Below are positions 10,116-14,949 of a DNA stretch of 14,949 bases, piece after piece. The position numbers and the translations under genes were made by a program. The first letter of the stretch is position 1. The number at the start of each line of letters is the position of its first letter. The notes under the pieces are model-generated. The model saw only the letters and a program-made list of their open reading frames with translations, was not told the origin of the DNA and searched no databases. Where the stretch lies: the NCBI GenBank assembly GCA_001949185.1, contig BDGG01000033.1:1-14949 (forward strand). The letters are read 5' to 3'. The DNA comes from Ramazzottius varieornatus (taxonomy: Eukaryota; Animalia; Tardigrada).

Positions 10116-10506
10116 TAATGATGAGCATTACATTTTACATTACAATTACACTTTTACACGACATTACAACCACCGGAAAGTTGTAATGTAAATGTAAAAT
10201 GTAATTACAACTTCTAAACGCCAAAATCTGCGGTATTTTGAGTATTTTACCGCTGGAAATCTAAACTTCGGCTGACTTACGTGCGAGAATGTCAGAAACC
10301 TCTTGACTATGGTTATTTGGTAACCGTATTTTTATCTACTTCTGGAAGACAATTAGTAAGATCTATATTTTGTGCACAAACAGACATAGCTGGTTTATCG
10401 TTCTCGTCGTTCCCTACCACTTTTACACTTTTACACTTTTACACTTACACTATTTTACATTACAATTTACATTACACGGACCATCTACGTGTAATGCTCA
10501 TCATTA
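10116..10506. mobile_element. Non-autonomous hAT-like element B (391 bp)
   Basis: Perfect 17-bp TIR taatgatgagcattaca; exact 8-bp TSD ggcggttg at 10108-10115 and 10507-10514; dense TTACA/TGTAA subterminal repeats. Confidence 0.93.
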
Positions 10507-10553
10507 GGCGGTTGAGCAGCACATCACTGCTGGGTAAATCACCCGTCCATCGC

Positions 10554-11133
10554 CAGCGATGGACGGGTGAATTCATCAAGATCAGTGAATTCATCAAGAC
10601 ACAGGACGGCTTTGTAACATTAAGTACAGCCCAACTTAGGAACGGCAATCACTCGATCAGTTTTCTTCTATGAAAAATACCGTTTCCAGTGACGTTCGAA
10701 CACCGGGTCTCCTGTTTGGTGGAGGTAAATTTTACGCACTAATGACGAAGTTTCCCGGTTGCACCGATTCTTGGCGGGTCGTATGTGACAGTTTCGTGAT
10801 TTTGGACTAGACTTGCTGGAAATTCTCAGTTTTGGCGAATTTAACGAATGAAGGAACAGGTGTCGAGCGCAGGTGTGCAGTGAGCATCAGAACATGACGA
10901 CACGCACCTATAAACAGCGGTTCCGTCACCGTTTGACTTGACTAGATGCACTCGAACGCTGAACAACTACAAGACTGGTTGGTTGACGAAAATTTGCACT
11001 GCGTGCATTCAGCCGGTAAAAAGGCTGAACAAAGTAGTCAAATTGAGCCAGTCGCAAATTTATTCAGGAAATGGAGAATTTCCAGCGACTCTATTTTGGA
11101 TATCAGGCTGAGTAAATCATCCGTCCATCGCTG
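10554..11133. mobile_element. Non-autonomous hAT-like element C (580 bp), inserted into the right TIR of a related copy
   Basis: TIR cagcgatggacgg(g/a)tga (17 bp, 1 mismatch); 8-bp TSD tccatcgc (10546-10553) / tctatcgc (11134-11141). The left flank 10528-10553 is itself a copy of the element's right end (11107-11131). Confidence 0.85.
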
Positions 11134-11191
11134 TCTATCGCTGTCTATTGCTGATCCACACTATTTCAACTCCGAAGCTGGACAACATTGT

Positions 11192-11422
11192 TCAGTTGTT
11201 CTTCCCTCGTCTCTTCCTCTCGGGTAACCTCCAAGATCCGATCGATAGGAGACGGATTAACCCTATCCTGATCAAATTCAAGCCTCCGGGATAAGCGTCT
11301 AGCTACCGGAAGGCTTCAATCCACTTGTGGCTGATCTCGCTACCGTAAGTCACTCATTCAGTTGTCATTCTTAAAATTACTGCCTCATATCCCTCGATTT
11401 CGCTGACCAGATTTTGTTACAG
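11192..11422 (+). promoter_or_regulatory. Putative Ras 5' region: initiator-like TCAGTT (11192-11197), non-coding exon, and 5'UTR intron 11345-11422
   Basis: Perfect donor GTAAGT at 11345, branch-like CTGAC at 11403, acceptor ttttgttacAG at 11422; 78 nt, matching neighbouring intron sizes. The initiator call is weak. Confidence 0.5.
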
Positions 11423-11479
11423 TGAAAAACAGAGCTGTGTCTCGAGGACTGTGCGGACAATTTATCATCCATGAATGAC

Positions 11480-13408
<1,929 letters not shown>

Positions 13409-13976
13409 AAGATATTAAGATAGTCCTTCCTTCAGCTACGTTTCCACTTTTCGCGTCCAGTCTGTGTTTTCATCATGTCCAACCTTCTGCTGGCTGCTGG
13501 TTCGAATTCTGGCCCCTATCTTTTTAGTCATTCAGTCCAACTCCCTGGCGAGCACCACACGTTACGTTTTAGTCTGATTTTCTTAGCGCCTTTTAGACAG
13601 GAGATTGTTGTTTCCGACTCGCGTATTGATCGAAGCTTGTACTCCAAACTTTTGATGCTTCCAATTTCCTTTCTTTTCTTGAACAAATTGCACATGCATT
13701 ATGATGTTTTAGCTTATTTTTGTACTCGCTTGTCTAATTTGTTCTGAATATAAAGCTAAGTATTCTACTGCTTCCTGAACGCATCGGGAGTCGATCAAGA
13801 CAAACAACACGGATTCCCTCTTGCTTAGTTCGGTGCATTGCCGACGGAGCGGACTCTGTACGCATTAACTTAGACGTCTGTAACCGTTTTTTTGAGAAAT
13901 TGCCAGTTTTCCGAGATGTTATTATGATAGAACGATCTCGGAAAGGACGTGTTCTTCTGGTAACAACTCGGAAAAC

Positions 13977-14176
13977 CAGTGTTGAACAAAGTACCGGCAC
14001 TACCCGGTAATACCTGTACCAAGTACCGACTTCGCAGTACTTGTACTGTACCAGGTACCGGTGCTCGGGCACTCGACACTTGTACCTTATGGGAGGTATT
14101 TCAGGTAGTTACTCGGTAATACCGGGTACTGAAGGCTGGAGCCTGGCGGTAATCACCGAAAGTACCGCGAAAGTAC
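13977..14176. mobile_element. One end of a probable hAT-like MITE, cut off by inverted-repeat copy 2
   Basis: Starts cagtgttgaacaaagtacc (hAT-like terminus) followed by dense GTAC/GTACC/GGTAC subrepeats; no partner TIR or TSD in the window. Confidence 0.55.
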
Positions 14177-14949
14177 TGTATTTTCATACTCTTCCAAGGA
14201 ATACTCTTCTTCCGCGTCCTGGTGGAACTAGCGTTGTTTCCTTCCATCGCAGTGAAGGCGTCGCGTTGGGTTCCCGGTTGGGTCCTTCAGCGTCATCCTG
14301 TAGAAGATTCACTTCGTTGTCGTTGTTTCTTGGTGCCCAGAGCGAGGGTGCCCGGTCCGTCCATATTCGCGCTTGTGCCATCCGTGCTTACCGTGACCGC
14401 CACCACCATGTCCCCAGTGTCCGTTGCCGCGCCCCCTATGTCCCCCACAATGGCGTCCTCGGTAGTGTCCGCCGCCACTGTGTCTATTGTGACGACCACC
14501 ACCGCGTCCACTGTGGTTTTGTCCAACATAGCTCCCGGCTGCCTTCTTGCTGTTTCTTCCTTTGAAACCTTGTCGCTGGTCGCCGGCGTTGTTACCCGGC
14601 TTTCGGTCGTTGGAGCGGTGATTTTTGATATGGTTGTGGTCGTTGTAATGGAAGGGTAGTCGGTCACAGCCGATTTCGGTCGAATGATTCATGCGGCGGG
14701 CCATTCGAGCGGAAGTCCATTTTCACGTCAGGCCTGCCGGTGTTGACGTAGGTCTTCATCAGGTCGGCTTGTTGGGCGTTCGGTTGAGATGGCTGTTGGA
14801 TGAGAACAGGAGGAGGAACTGCCTGCTGCTGAGGCGCTACTGTACCCGCGATGGTTCGCCATTCGTCATAGGCACATTGTGTGCGCGAGTCGAGCGGGAA
14901 AATTGACGCAGTCAGACAGCCAGGCCGGTAGGGTGTAGCAGATGGGATC
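14177..14949 (-). repeat. Long inverted repeat, copy 2 (probably continues beyond the window end)
   Basis: Reverse complement of 7867-8640; identity stops abruptly at 14177/8640. Confidence 0.97.

Noticed and set aside
9450-10500. ATTCC and TTACA short-repeat arrays as CRISPR, satellite or telomeric repeats
   Set aside because: No constant repeat-spacer period; they are subterminal repeats inside elements bounded by TIRs and TSDs.
10539-10570. Perfect 15-bp hairpin as a terminator or Helitron end
   Set aside because: Fully explained by two abutting TIRs of the same element family.
13871-13976. ttttccgagat...atctcggaaa inverted motifs as another MITE
   Set aside because: No clear termini or TSD; too short to support a call.

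Overview
Compact eukaryotic (invertebrate-animal-like) genomic DNA with short GT-AG introns, so most entries in the ORF track are exon fragments or shadow frames. Hand splicing gives three genes: (1) a 5-exon, ~530-aa AT-hook + alternating C2HC/C2H2 zinc-finger gene of the ZNF512/ZNF512B type (636-3119, +); (2) a convergent small Cys-rich single-pass membrane protein gene of the WBP1/VOPP1/Shisa-like type that the ORF track misses (core 4191-3575, -; 5' exons unresolved); (3) a complete 8-coding-exon canonical Ras gene (11480-13408, +; 197 aa, (KS)n polybasic tail, CVIF). The sequence from ~5030 to ~11150 is mostly transposon-derived: a decayed APE+RT non-LTR retrotransposon split by a foldback MITE, and a cluster of non-autonomous TIR elements with 8-bp TSDs just upstream of Ras, one of which appears to have inserted into the terminus of its own family. 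A near-identical segment of at least 774 bp (7867-8640 and 14177-14949, running off the window) brackets the Ras gene as an inverted repeat. I found no rRNA, tRNA, CRISPR array or prokaryote-type system. I cannot demonstrate a new biological system from this window alone; the inverted-repeat bracket and the self-targeting element are the best leads.
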